A DNA stretch of 64,000 nucleotides from a virus (taxonomy: Duplodnaviria > Caudoviricetes). The DNA is taken from positions 96,001 to 160,000 of the IMG/VR virus record IMGVR_UViG_3300013947_000019, one strand, 5' to 3'. This document shows, one piece after another, positions 1 to 9,213 of this stretch. The stretch's first letter is position 1. Every line of letters starts with the position of its first letter. Made by a program: the position numbers and the translations under genes. The notes beneath the pieces are model-generated. The model searched no databases, had not been told where the DNA came from, and was given only the letters and a program-made list of their open reading frames with translations.

Positions 1-921
1 TCTATTGATGAATCATTGAATGCTCCTGATAGTGATATCTTTGTTCTCACTGAAGCTAAAGGTAAGGATGAAGATGATGACGATGCTGTTATCATGACCG
101 TACGCGATAAGAAGCGTCTTGCTCAGTATGATGCAGATGCTGAAAAGCGTAAGGAAGATGATGATAAGATCAAGAAGTGGAAGAAGGATTCCGAAGATCT
201 GGAGAATCGTAAGAAGAATCAGAAGAGATCTCCTCTTGCTACTACTCCTTTCTCTGAAAGATCAGTCTTTACTGATATGGATGTAAAGAAAGCCAATGAT
301 GCTATGCCGATGTTTGCAAAAGCAAGTATCAACTTTGTCATTGACGATACTGGTGAGACGATGCAGAGAGATCTGCTCGTTGGTATCAAGGCTTATATTC
401 ATTTGGCTCCTGCTGCTGATCTGATCAATGATATTTATAACTGTATCATTAATAAGAGAAAGTTCCTTCGCTTTGTAAAGTTTGTTACTGGTGAAGAGAG
501 ATCTCTGACTGATCTGTTATTTGGTATCCGTGAGCTGAAGACTGATGCTCTCTCCAATAGATCTGAATCTGGTAAGTGGAGAAGTGCATTCCGTTCTCGT
601 CGTCGTTGGGCCAAGATCTCTGTGCCTACCCTGATGAAGGAGTATACTCCTAATGGTACCCTGGTAATTACTATGAATGAAGTGAATTATCTGAAGGATC
701 ATTATGGTATTGATATCATGCGTCCTGATCATGTCAAGATGTTAATGGATGCTGATTTCCTTCTGGGCTTTGTTGTTATCGATCAGGCCAATGAGATGGT
801 CCATGTTACCTATGATGGGCACGGATATGGATTCCAGCAGTATACGTATGCTATGCTTGAGCGTTCTGCTGAAATGTCTCAGCGAGAAGTAATGCAATTA
901 TATCGTGCTTTTAAATCATAA
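1..921 (+). CDS. Probable virion structural protein, 5'-truncated by the window edge
   Basis: Frame is open from base 1 (tct att gat gaa tca ttg...). Lies at the head of a + strand structural cluster and contains an LTEA processing-like site. Function inferred from context. Confidence 0.5.
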   Translation, partial: SIDESLNAPDSDIFVLTEAKGKDEDDDDAVIMTVRDKKRLAQYDADAEKRKEDDDKIKKWKKDSEDLENRKKNQKRSPLATTPFSERSVFTDMDVKKANDAMPMFAKASINFVIDDTGETMQRDLLVGIKAYIHLAPAADLINDIYNCIINKRKFLRFVKFVTGEERSLTDLLFGIRELKTDALSNRSESGKWRSAFRSRRRWAKISVPTLMKEYTPNGTLVITMNEVNYLKDHYGIDIMRPDHVKMLMDADFLLGFVVIDQANEMVHVTYDGHGYGFQQYTYAMLERSAEMSQREVMQLYRAFKS

Positions 922-927
922 TGATTG

Positions 928-997
928 AATACCCTAACATGATAATATGATAGAGTAATTATATATCTTTGTCATATTATCATGAAAATGGGGTATT
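928..997 (+). promoter_or_regulatory. Hairpin covering the HNH gene RBS, with an AACA-N6-TA motif in its 5' arm
   Basis: catgataatatga (938-950) pairs with tcatattatcatg (972-984), and aataccc (928-934) with gggtatt (991-997). AACA-tgataa-TA at 936-947. Confidence 0.6.
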
Positions 998-1003
998 TAA
1001 ATT

Positions 1004-2047
1004 ATGGGTAACAATACGGATTTAACTGGACAGACATTTGATAAGTTAAAAGTAATTAGTTTCTATAAATCAATTAAAGGGTCTAAATATTGGTTGTGCC
1101 AATGCGATTGCGGAAATACTAAAATCGTAAGCACTTCTAGCTTAAGATCTAAATATGTTAGATCTTGTGGGTGTTTAGTAAAAGATAGTCACCCATATGA
1201 AGATTTAACGGGAAAAACTTTCAATATGTTAACAGTTAAACAATATGATCATACTGATAATAATGGTCATATTTATTGGTTGTGCCAATGCGATTGCGGA
1301 AACTATACAATTGTCCCATCTGGTAGATTAAAATATGGATATACTAAATCTTGTGGTTGTTTAAGACGTATTATTAGTAAACATCCGAGAATGCAATATG
1401 GTATTTATACTAAATATGGTAGATTTATAAAACAGTCGCCAATTGTAGAAACATATAGAAGCATGGTTGATCGATGTTATAACCCTAATAATGACTCATA
1501 TGAGCGTTATAAAAATATAGGAATTGACACAAGATGGTATGATAATAATAAAAAACATAATCCATGGTATTATGATTTAACCGGCTTAGTTAATTTTATC
1601 AATGATATGTATCCAAGCTATGAAGAACATATTGCTAAGTATGGACAGCATAATACATCATTAGATAGAATTAATGGAAAAAATAGGTATTCTAAAGAAA
1701 ATTGTAGATGGGCAACTTCTATTGTTCAAAATAATAATTTATCTTCAAATCGTCATGTGTTTGACGGTGAAGAAATACTCACTTTTTCCGAATGTGTTAG
1801 AAAATATATACCGATGAATTTATTATCTGAAGCATACCAAAAAGCCCCTGGAAATGTGTTCACTGTAAAATTAAATCGTGGATGGTCTGTTAATCAAATT
1901 TTAGCAATGTTTAAACATGCTAAAACTGATAATAGACTTTTGAAAAAATCTGAATTAAAAAATATTATGATTTGGAAAATTGATCAAAAATTAGTATATG
2001 AAAAATATCCAGATGAAGTTAGATTGCCTGGATATGAAAATTCATAA
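1004..2047 (+). CDS. Free-standing HNH-type homing endonuclease
   Basis: Two DLTGxTF...WLCQCDCG...SCGC repeats and SLDRINGKNRYSKENCRWAT..QNNN nuclease core. More AT-rich than its neighbours. Confidence 0.8.
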   Translation: MGNNTDLTGQTFDKLKVISFYKSIKGSKYWLCQCDCGNTKIVSTSSLRSKYVRSCGCLVKDSHPYEDLTGKTFNMLTVKQYDHTDNNGHIYWLCQCDCGNYTIVPSGRLKYGYTKSCGCLRRIISKHPRMQYGIYTKYGRFIKQSPIVETYRSMVDRCYNPNNDSYERYKNIGIDTRWYDNNKKHNPWYYDLTGLVNFINDMYPSYEEHIAKYGQHNTSLDRINGKNRYSKENCRWATSIVQNNNLSSNRHVFDGEEILTFSECVRKYIPMNLLSEAYQKAPGNVFTVKLNRGWSVNQILAMFKHAKTDNRLLKKSELKNIMIWKIDQKLVYEKYPDEVRLPGYENS

Positions 2048-2058
2048 TAGAAAGTGGG

Positions 2059-3084
2059 GTGAAACCCATTATGGCTAATTCTACATATGCTAATTTCTTA
2101 GTCGAATGTGGCTTTGAAGTCAATAAACCTGACTTCATCTTCTTAGATGAAGCTAATCAGGTACAGATTACTGATGAAGCACTCACTGGTATGATGAAGT
2201 TCATTACTGATAAATACAATAGTATTGATTTCAGTGAAATTGAGAAATCTGCTGGTGATTATAGTCGCTTTAAGTATAACAAGATGCTTGATGCTAATAT
2301 CAGAACTCTGAGAGATATTTATGAAGTAGCAGCTGAGACCGATAAGGGTGCTGCAAAGTATCTGGAAGTTATTGAAACCTGCTATGGTGTCATTAACTTA
2401 TTGACTGGATATCGCTCTGAGTTTACTACTCTGTACAAGGCTGGTAATGGTATCGTTCAGCTCCTCTATACATCATTGGTTGCAGGCCTGATTTATTGTA
2501 TCGGTATTTTGGTCAGTAATACAATTCGATTTGTTACTACCGAGAAAGATACAGATTGTGAAGTCCTGTTTGATGAGATTCCTGGCACGATTCGCAATTG
2601 TCATATTAAGAATATTCAGTTTGCAGCTAAGTCTGCTCCTGATTTCAGAAAATATTTGGATGACTGTATGATGAGATTGGAAAAGAGATCCAATATGTCT
2701 GAGAGTATTACTCTTGGTGCCACTCTTATTGGCATTGGTATCGGATTATATATGCTTCCCAAGGTGATCGTATTAATCCGTGAGATTATCTATTCGATCT
2801 ATTGTACTCGTACCAAGATCTCTGATATGCTTGCCGTTCAGCAGGATCTGATTAAGACGAATATTGAGTCTTTGGAAGCAGGTCGTGGTGATAAGAAGGT
2901 TATTGCTCGTCAGCGTAAGTGGGCAGAGTGGTTAGAGAAGTGGAAGAACCGTTTTGCTATGAAGGCTGATACTGTTGATAACTTAAAGCGAGCTCAGATG
3001 AAGAAAGAGAATGCTGCTCTTCGGATTGATAAGAATAGTCCGCTTATGAATCCGGATGAGTCCACCTCTGGAATTCTGCTGTAA
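2059..3084 (+). CDS. Probable virion protein
   Basis: 341-aa ORF in the structural cluster, with an MSES site followed by a hydrophobic helix. Confidence 0.5.
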   Translation: MKPIMANSTYANFLVECGFEVNKPDFIFLDEANQVQITDEALTGMMKFITDKYNSIDFSEIEKSAGDYSRFKYNKMLDANIRTLRDIYEVAAETDKGAAKYLEVIETCYGVINLLTGYRSEFTTLYKAGNGIVQLLYTSLVAGLIYCIGILVSNTIRFVTTEKDTDCEVLFDEIPGTIRNCHIKNIQFAAKSAPDFRKYLDDCMMRLEKRSNMSESITLGATLIGIGIGLYMLPKVIVLIREIIYSIYCTRTKISDMLAVQQDLIKTNIESLEAGRGDKKVIARQRKWAEWLEKWKNRFAMKADTVDNLKRAQMKKENAALRIDKNSPLMNPDESTSGILL

Positions 3085-3101
3085 GAAAGGGGTAATGAAA
3101 G

Positions 3102-4136
3102 ATGTTTGATAACTTCACTCTCTGCCCCGGTGGAGCATTCATGCTTCATGAATCCGTAGCAGAGTTCGATGCTAATGTTGCTCAGGCTCCTGTTGAAGCT
3201 AGTCCAGCTGATACACAGGTAGTTGAGAATATAAAGACTGAGCTTGCCAAAGCTCCTCAGGATTATTGTCCAGTTGGAGCTTTAGTTGAAAAGCTTCGTC
3301 CTACGTATCAGATGATTATGAATATTCGTCGTGAATATCTTGATCCTGATACTTCTGAGGAACAGATTGCTTTGTTAAATAAGATCTCCAATGCTGCTAC
3401 TGAAATTGCAGATTTAATGAGATGTATTTTGGTTAAGCAGAGTTCATTTGTTAATTTCGCTGATAGAGATTATACATGGAGGTTTGAACCTCTTCACAAT
3501 CATTTAGGTTGGTTCATCAAGAACTATAGTAGGATCCTTGGCGCAGGATATGGAACATATACACGCAGTATGATCTATGTCCCTGGCCTGAGTCCATATG
3601 AAGTTAACAGAGCATGTTCCATGTATATTGCGAGTTGTGACTCTTTACAGTCTACTACATTTGATATCAATACGCTGTATAAGATCACGAACTATAATAA
3701 GAATGATCAAGTCTTTGAGTCTACTGAAGATCTGTTCAATGTCTTATTCAATGATCCTGAGCGTATGGGTAGATTAACTCGCACTACTACTGATTCATAT
3801 GATCTGGAAGGTATTATTAATTCCACTGCTAATACTTGCCCAATCGCAAGATGTGAAGGTGATGGAAATATGTATCATGCAGATCTGATAAGATGGATCA
3901 GTAAAACTTTACGTATGGTTAAATGTGGATGCTATGACTGCCAGTGTGATATTATGGATAACAACCTTGATGGTTCTTTCATGAGTCACGTTCGTCCCCT
4001 GGTGGCTGGAGTACTCAACATTTTCTACATCAGTGCGATTACATTATTCGCCGATGCATATACCATTAAGTCTATTATGGATAATCGTAAGTCTCTTGAG
4101 GCTTATGTGAATGAAGTAATAACGAATGTTAAGTAA
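3102..4136 (+). CDS. Hypothetical protein, probably virion-associated
   Basis: RBS gaaaggggt; N-terminal LHES site; structural context. Confidence 0.5.
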   Translation: MFDNFTLCPGGAFMLHESVAEFDANVAQAPVEASPADTQVVENIKTELAKAPQDYCPVGALVEKLRPTYQMIMNIRREYLDPDTSEEQIALLNKISNAATEIADLMRCILVKQSSFVNFADRDYTWRFEPLHNHLGWFIKNYSRILGAGYGTYTRSMIYVPGLSPYEVNRACSMYIASCDSLQSTTFDINTLYKITNYNKNDQVFESTEDLFNVLFNDPERMGRLTRTTTDSYDLEGIINSTANTCPIARCEGDGNMYHADLIRWISKTLRMVKCGCYDCQCDIMDNNLDGSFMSHVRPLVAGVLNIFYISAITLFADAYTIKSIMDNRKSLEAYVNEVITNVK

Positions 4137-4163
4137 TATCCGATGTAAATCGTGATATAAATA

Positions 4164-4175
4164 AACAATGATATA
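4164..4175 (+). promoter_or_regulatory. Putative late promoter AACA-N6-TA (representative copy)
   Basis: AACA-atgata-TA. The same motif occurs at 936+, 8118+, 41240+, 61639+, 28722-, 48828-, 56984- and 58369-. It matches the late-promoter consensus known for the AR9 non-virion RNAP. Confidence 0.6.
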
Positions 4176-4267
4176 ATACCCTTTATGCTGGATAATACCC
4201 TAAAATATCCTGTAAATTGAAATATCTGTTTTCATGAAAACTTTCTATGTAAGGAGGTACTTCCAAG

Positions 4268-5332
4268 ATGGTTGATTTTTCTAAGATCATGGCACTGTCT
4301 GAGGCCACCAATGGCTTCAATGGCGGTTCTTTTGTGGATGAAATGCCCAACTATACTTTGGATGAGGCCGTTTGCTATCTGCCCATGATGATCATGGAAT
4401 CTCAGATGGAGCAGTATGATACCGTTGCTGCTCAGAATGAGCTGATTGTTGAGGCTGTTGTGTCCAGTGTTCAGACTGGTGATAACTCCAATTTTGAGTC
4501 CATCACTGAGGCTGGTATTAAGAGCCTGTGGGAGAAGGCTAAGGCAACTTTCGAGAAGATCGGTAAGTTCCTGTCTACGATCATTGCTAAGATTAAGGCT
4601 TTTATCGTTGCACGTAAGGCTAAGTCTGAAGAGTTTTATAAGAAGTATGCTGAGAAGATCGATCCTTCTAAGTGTGAGGGTAAGACTTTTACTGGTTATA
4701 GCTTCGATAAGGATATCAAGCTGAATGCTGATATCGATAAGATTCTGAGTGATGTATATGGCTCTGCCTATGCTCACTTTGATGCCAATAAGACTTCTGG
4801 TGTTGAGGCTCTGACCGATGATCATGCTGGTCGTATGCGTCAGGTTGCTTCCAAGGCTACTGGTATTGAGCTCGCTAACCAGGATTGGAGCAATGAGCTG
4901 ACTGGTAAGCTGTATGATGATAATAAGAAATCTGAGATGAAGTATGGTGAGAAGTGCTTCAAGCTCGAGGAGATCAAGAAGACTCTGACTGATATGGGTC
5001 CTGTCAATGAGCTCTCCAAGGGCTATGAGAAGATGCTGACCGATGTTAAGTCCAAGCTCAATCAGGTTGGTACGTATGAGCGTGCTGAGGAGAATGAGAA
5101 GGATTCCGATCGCTATAAGTATCTGAATAACTACATCACTGCTTACTCTGAGGTTCATAATGCTCTGGCTAGTGTTCAGGCTATTGCTAAGAAGTATTAT
5201 GATGCTAAGTGGACTCAGGCTACCCAGATGCTGATGGTTCTGGCTGGTAGTGCTAAGAAGGCCAAGGAAGAGAAGCCTGCTGAGGAAAAGCCCGAGGATA
5301 ATAAGCCTGAAGAGAAGAAGGAGGAGAAGTAA
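4268..5332 (+). CDS. Putative internal head protein, paralog family
   Basis: Acidic N-terminal region ending ITEA, then amphipathic GIKSLWEKAKATFEKIGKFLSTIIAKIKAFI. Strong RBS and strongly biased codon usage. Confidence 0.6.
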   Translation: MVDFSKIMALSEATNGFNGGSFVDEMPNYTLDEAVCYLPMMIMESQMEQYDTVAAQNELIVEAVVSSVQTGDNSNFESITEAGIKSLWEKAKATFEKIGKFLSTIIAKIKAFIVARKAKSEEFYKKYAEKIDPSKCEGKTFTGYSFDKDIKLNADIDKILSDVYGSAYAHFDANKTSGVEALTDDHAGRMRQVASKATGIELANQDWSNELTGKLYDDNKKSEMKYGEKCFKLEEIKKTLTDMGPVNELSKGYEKMLTDVKSKLNQVGTYERAEENEKDSDRYKYLNNYITAYSEVHNALASVQAIAKKYYDAKWTQATQMLMVLAGSAKKAKEEKPAEEKPEDNKPEEKKEEK

Positions 5333-5334
5333 TC

Positions 5335-6630
5335 ATGCTTAACGTATTTACTCTTTCCGCCTCTATCAATGAGTCTATCAACACTGCTCCTAAGGCTGTT
5401 GAGGAGCCTATCGTTGAAGAGGCTCTGCCCTGCTATGATTTTGCTGGTACTATCGATGAGGCTACTCAGAACCTGGATTATATGGTTATGATGGAATCTC
5501 TGGAAGCCAAGGCTTATTCTGTTGGTGCTGACGAGATTATGGTTGAGTGCGCTATCTCTCATCCTGAGAATTTTGATGCTCTGTGTGAGGCTGCTGGTGA
5601 AAGCTTCATTAAGAAGATTGGTGCTGCCATTCAGAAGGCTATTGCTTTTGTTGGTGGTTTGATGAAGAAGCTGGCTGATTGGATTGTTTCTATTACCACT
5701 AAGACTGGTGCTTATAAGAAGCAGATGAAGGCCGCTATTAGCAAGTGCCATGCCGATAGCAGAGTTGAGTTAGATGCATATGATTATGATCTGTCCAAGC
5801 TGAATGTCATTGATGATGCCACTAAGACTCTCGTTGAGAAGTATGTTGGTAAGCTGAATGATGACTGTGATGGTCTGGCTGATGCCGCTGAGTATTGCTA
5901 CATTGCTAGCAAGTATAATCGTGAAGTTGATATCGGTGGTTCTTTCGATCATACTAAGGTCGAGGATATCAATAAGGTTCTCGATTCTCGTCTGGAAGAT
6001 GCTAAGAAGGCTATTGATGAGGACTCTCCCATCTATAAGGAGTTCCAGGAGCTGCTTAAGGTCTCTGGTGACTATGATAATGTGAAGGGTGTTCTGTCTG
6101 GTCTGGCTGATGCTGTTCGCGGCGAGAAGACCAAGGTTAAGATCGAGACCAATTCTGATGCTTTTACTATTGTCGAAGGTATGGATGAGGCTCATAAATC
6201 CATGAGTGGTTTCATCGATGCTCTGAAGGGTTATCAGAAGGCTCTTAATGGTGCTCTGAAGCAGCTGAATCGCATCAAGGTTGATGATAAGGATGCCTTC
6301 ACGAAGGGTACTGCTAGTGCTGCATCTAAGGTTGCTGAGGATAAGGCTGGCGAAGAGGGTGCATCTAAGGCTGATGCCAAGAAGGCTGCTTCTGCTATTC
6401 TTACTAAGGCTAGCCAGCTGTATGGTGCACTGTATTCTCGTTATGTTGGTGTTATTAATCAGATGACGATGATGATCAATGCATCTCAGACGACGATTCG
6501 TACTCTGGTGAATGAGAAGATTGCTGCTGATGTCTCTCTGCTGAATGCTTATATTCGTGCAGATAAGTCTGCTAAGAAGAATAGCACTGCTCTTAAGGGC
6601 GAAGTTCTTCCCGCAGGTAAGACTGAGTAA
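5335..6630 (+). CDS. Putative internal head protein, paralog family
   Basis: Same architecture: LCEAAGESFIKKIGAAIQKAIAFVGGLMKKLADWI. Confidence 0.6.
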   Translation: MLNVFTLSASINESINTAPKAVEEPIVEEALPCYDFAGTIDEATQNLDYMVMMESLEAKAYSVGADEIMVECAISHPENFDALCEAAGESFIKKIGAAIQKAIAFVGGLMKKLADWIVSITTKTGAYKKQMKAAISKCHADSRVELDAYDYDLSKLNVIDDATKTLVEKYVGKLNDDCDGLADAAEYCYIASKYNREVDIGGSFDHTKVEDINKVLDSRLEDAKKAIDEDSPIYKEFQELLKVSGDYDNVKGVLSGLADAVRGEKTKVKIETNSDAFTIVEGMDEAHKSMSGFIDALKGYQKALNGALKQLNRIKVDDKDAFTKGTASAASKVAEDKAGEEGASKADAKKAASAILTKASQLYGALYSRYVGVINQMTMMINASQTTIRTLVNEKIAADVSLLNAYIRADKSAKKNSTALKGEVLPAGKTE

Positions 6631-6657
6631 TTTCTCATATAACCGCACTAAATAAAA

Positions 6658-6697
6658 TAGGGGGGGGGGGCAAAATGCCCTCCTCCCTTTTATTTTT
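6658..6697 (+). terminator. Intrinsic terminator
   Basis: G-run pairs with ccctcctccc, followed by a T tract. Confidence 0.6.
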
Positions 6698-6801
6698 TCA
6701 TATAACATTTTTGCTGTAATTTTACCCATATAATAAAATACCCTATTTGATACAATTTTGTGATAATATAAATAAAATAAAAAAGAAAAGGGGTTAAATA
6801 T

Positions 6802-8073
6802 ATGATTGATATTAGCAAATTGATTTCAATCAGTGAATCTGCTGGTGCAGCTGTTCAGTTACAGGAACCTATTATTGAGTGTCCTGAAGAGTATAAAAAT
6901 TTATCTATGACTGAATCTTCTCTGTATTTTGAGAATCAGATGCTTAAGTGTGAACTTGAGTATAGAGATATCATGGATGAATCTGTGAATACTATGATTC
7001 AGGATATGCTGGATCGCCAGAATGGTATTGTGAATGAGGCTGCTGGTAGCTTTAAAGATAAAATTAAGAAAATAAAAGATTATATTGTTAAATTCTTTAC
7101 TACAATTTTTAATGCTATCAAAAACTTTATAGTAAAAGTTGGAGAAAAATTAAAAATTATTAATAAGACATTAGATGTATCAGTTCTGGATAATGCTTCT
7201 ATTATGAAGCCAAAAACTTTTATTCTTGACGATGATGATAAAACGTATAGCTTTATTATTAAGCTTAGACCATTCAGTATCACTGATCCAAATTGTTCTA
7301 ATGAAATTTCGGATAAAATTAATACAACATTTGATAAATTATATGATATAATTGAAAAAGTTGTATTAGATAAGCAAACGTTGGATAGGGATAATGTCAA
7401 AGAAGTACTTAATAATATAAAAGATAATAGACTTGATTTCGATGATGATGTTGTTGATATATTTGATAATTGTAGTAAAGATGGTCAATATAAAAATCAT
7501 AGCAAATATGGTAGTGCAAGTAAAAGCGGTGAAGTTAAATCCCGTTTTGATGTATCAGAAGACTCAGTCGAAATAACTTTTAAATTATCGGATTATATGA
7601 AAATCGATGATTCCAAATCTGATGATTTCTTTATTGATCTTGTTAAGAAATCAACAGGAGTAGATTATCAGAATATACTGCCCGGCATTAATAAATATCT
7701 GAAAGATATGGAAACATTATCTAAAAAGTTACTTGTGAATAAAGAAAAACTTGAGCAACTTGTAGATAAAATTAATTTCACAGATAATAATAAGGATGCT
7801 GGTAAGGTTGATGCAAAAACGAATTTAATGTTTGAAATTGCAAGAGCAACTTATCACTTATATGACTATACTACTGGTTTATGTATTAGTAATATTTATA
7901 GCATCCTGGCTAATAAGGCAGCTTTTACAAAAGCTTTTATTGCAGCTAAGCATGACTATATCATGTGGAGCAATAATAATGGCAAGAAGAAAAGATATAC
8001 TAATAAAAATGAAGAAGAAGATGCAAAATCTCGTAAGAAGAATAGCGATGATTTTGATGCTGACGATGATTAA
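6802..8073 (+). CDS. Putative internal head protein paralog, mosaic gene
   Basis: MIDISKLISISES resembles MVDFSKIMALSEA of 4268. Contains VNEAAGSFKDKIKKIKDYIVKFF. Abruptly AT-rich after about 7050. Confidence 0.6.
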   Translation: MIDISKLISISESAGAAVQLQEPIIECPEEYKNLSMTESSLYFENQMLKCELEYRDIMDESVNTMIQDMLDRQNGIVNEAAGSFKDKIKKIKDYIVKFFTTIFNAIKNFIVKVGEKLKIINKTLDVSVLDNASIMKPKTFILDDDDKTYSFIIKLRPFSITDPNCSNEISDKINTTFDKLYDIIEKVVLDKQTLDRDNVKEVLNNIKDNRLDFDDDVVDIFDNCSKDGQYKNHSKYGSASKSGEVKSRFDVSEDSVEITFKLSDYMKIDDSKSDDFFIDLVKKSTGVDYQNILPGINKYLKDMETLSKKLLVNKEKLEQLVDKINFTDNNKDAGKVDAKTNLMFEIARATYHLYDYTTGLCISNIYSILANKAAFTKAFIAAKHDYIMWSNNNGKKKRYTNKNEEEDAKSRKKNSDDFDADDD

Positions 8074-8152
8074 TATAAAAGTCCTCCATTTATTTGGAGG
8101 ACTTTTTCTATTTCCAGAACATATTAATAATCTGAAGAAAGGTGGGATATCT

Positions 8153-9172
8153 ATGATTAAATCCCCTTCTGAATTTCTGATCGAACAGGTATCCTCACCA
8201 GAGGATTTAAATACGTTGCAGATTATTGATTCTTGCTATACTGCCCTCTCTGAGGGTGTGAATGATAGTTTTGTGATCAATACAACTAAATCTTCTACAT
8301 ATAAGTTCTTAGATGAACTTCTTGATCGAGTCTATAAATTTCTTACTGATCTGTATGTACAAGTATTGAATTACATGAATAATTATTTTATGAATAGTGC
8401 ACGGTTATTAGATAAGTATCGAAATATTATCATGGCTCGATATGTAAAAGATAAGACAAATCTTATCTATAAAACTCATACTTATCCAGGATTATATGAT
8501 AAGAATTATCCTAATATAGTAAGCCCTTCTGACATTCAAGATTCACTTGAAGCGTTTCAGAATAAGATTACAGATGAGTTTGTGACATCTGATACTGTAG
8601 CAGAACAAACTGCTATCTATGTATCTAATTTTGCAGTAGATACTATTGGTGCTCGTATCGATCCTTATGATTTAAAACCTCAAGTAGAAAAGATTGTTCG
8701 TAAAAAGTGTCAGGGTATGGAAGTTGTTAAGAGTCTTAATGCTTCTGACTTAGATACAATGATCAATGAGATTGTTAAATATAAACCAATGAAAGATGCA
8801 ATTCTTGCTACCAAGAAATCTATGGAAGCTGAATATAAAGCATTGAAATCTGCTATGTTGGTACAGATGAGACAGAAGACTGCAGAAAAAGTTGGTATTA
8901 ATAATATTTCAAATCCAGATGCTGCAGATTTGAAGAATGCTGAATATAATCGATTTGCTGCAATTAATATGTCTTTAACGCAGATGTATAACTCTTTCAT
9001 TATGATTTATAATGTAGCTTATACAACTAAGTTAAAAGTCTTAGCTGAAAAGATTGATGAGAATAGACAAGTAATCAATGATCTCTTAGTCAAGACTTCT
9101 GTATTCGCTGCAGCTAATCCTTCTAAACCAAGAGCATATAGAGCTCCACAGAAGTTTGAAGCAAAAATTTAA
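8153..9172 (+). CDS. Putative internal head protein, distant paralog
   Basis: Start reassigned to ATG 8153 (RBS gaaaggtgg, after a terminator-like hairpin near 8077-8106 and AACA-N6-TA at 8118). LSEG site followed by an amphipathic helix. Confidence 0.5.
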   Translation: MIKSPSEFLIEQVSSPEDLNTLQIIDSCYTALSEGVNDSFVINTTKSSTYKFLDELLDRVYKFLTDLYVQVLNYMNNYFMNSARLLDKYRNIIMARYVKDKTNLIYKTHTYPGLYDKNYPNIVSPSDIQDSLEAFQNKITDEFVTSDTVAEQTAIYVSNFAVDTIGARIDPYDLKPQVEKIVRKKCQGMEVVKSLNASDLDTMINEIVKYKPMKDAILATKKSMEAEYKALKSAMLVQMRQKTAEKVGINNISNPDAADLKNAEYNRFAAINMSLTQMYNSFIMIYNVAYTTKLKVLAEKIDENRQVINDLLVKTSVFAAANPSKPRAYRAPQKFEAKI

Positions 9173-9184
9173 TAAAAAGAAAAT

Positions 9185-9208
9185 ACCCCAGGGGATATCC
9201 CCTGGGGT
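9185..9208. terminator. Bidirectional terminator between convergent genes
   Basis: accccagggg/cccctggggt palindrome flanked by A and T tracts. Confidence 0.75.
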
Positions 9209-9213
9209 TTCTT

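Noticed and set aside
6660-6670. G homopolymer as a phase-variation tract
   Set aside because: It is intergenic and forms one arm of a terminator stem.
4232-6729. Long antisense ORFs (4232-5158, 5770-6729; likewise 14464-15450, 36151-37311, 42092-42910)
   Set aside because: They are shadows of strongly codon-biased genes on the other strand, with no RBS or motifs.
7832-8152. N-terminal extension of ORF 7832-9172
   Set aside because: It overlaps the previous gene and crosses a terminator-like hairpin; RBS and promoter motif support ATG 8153.
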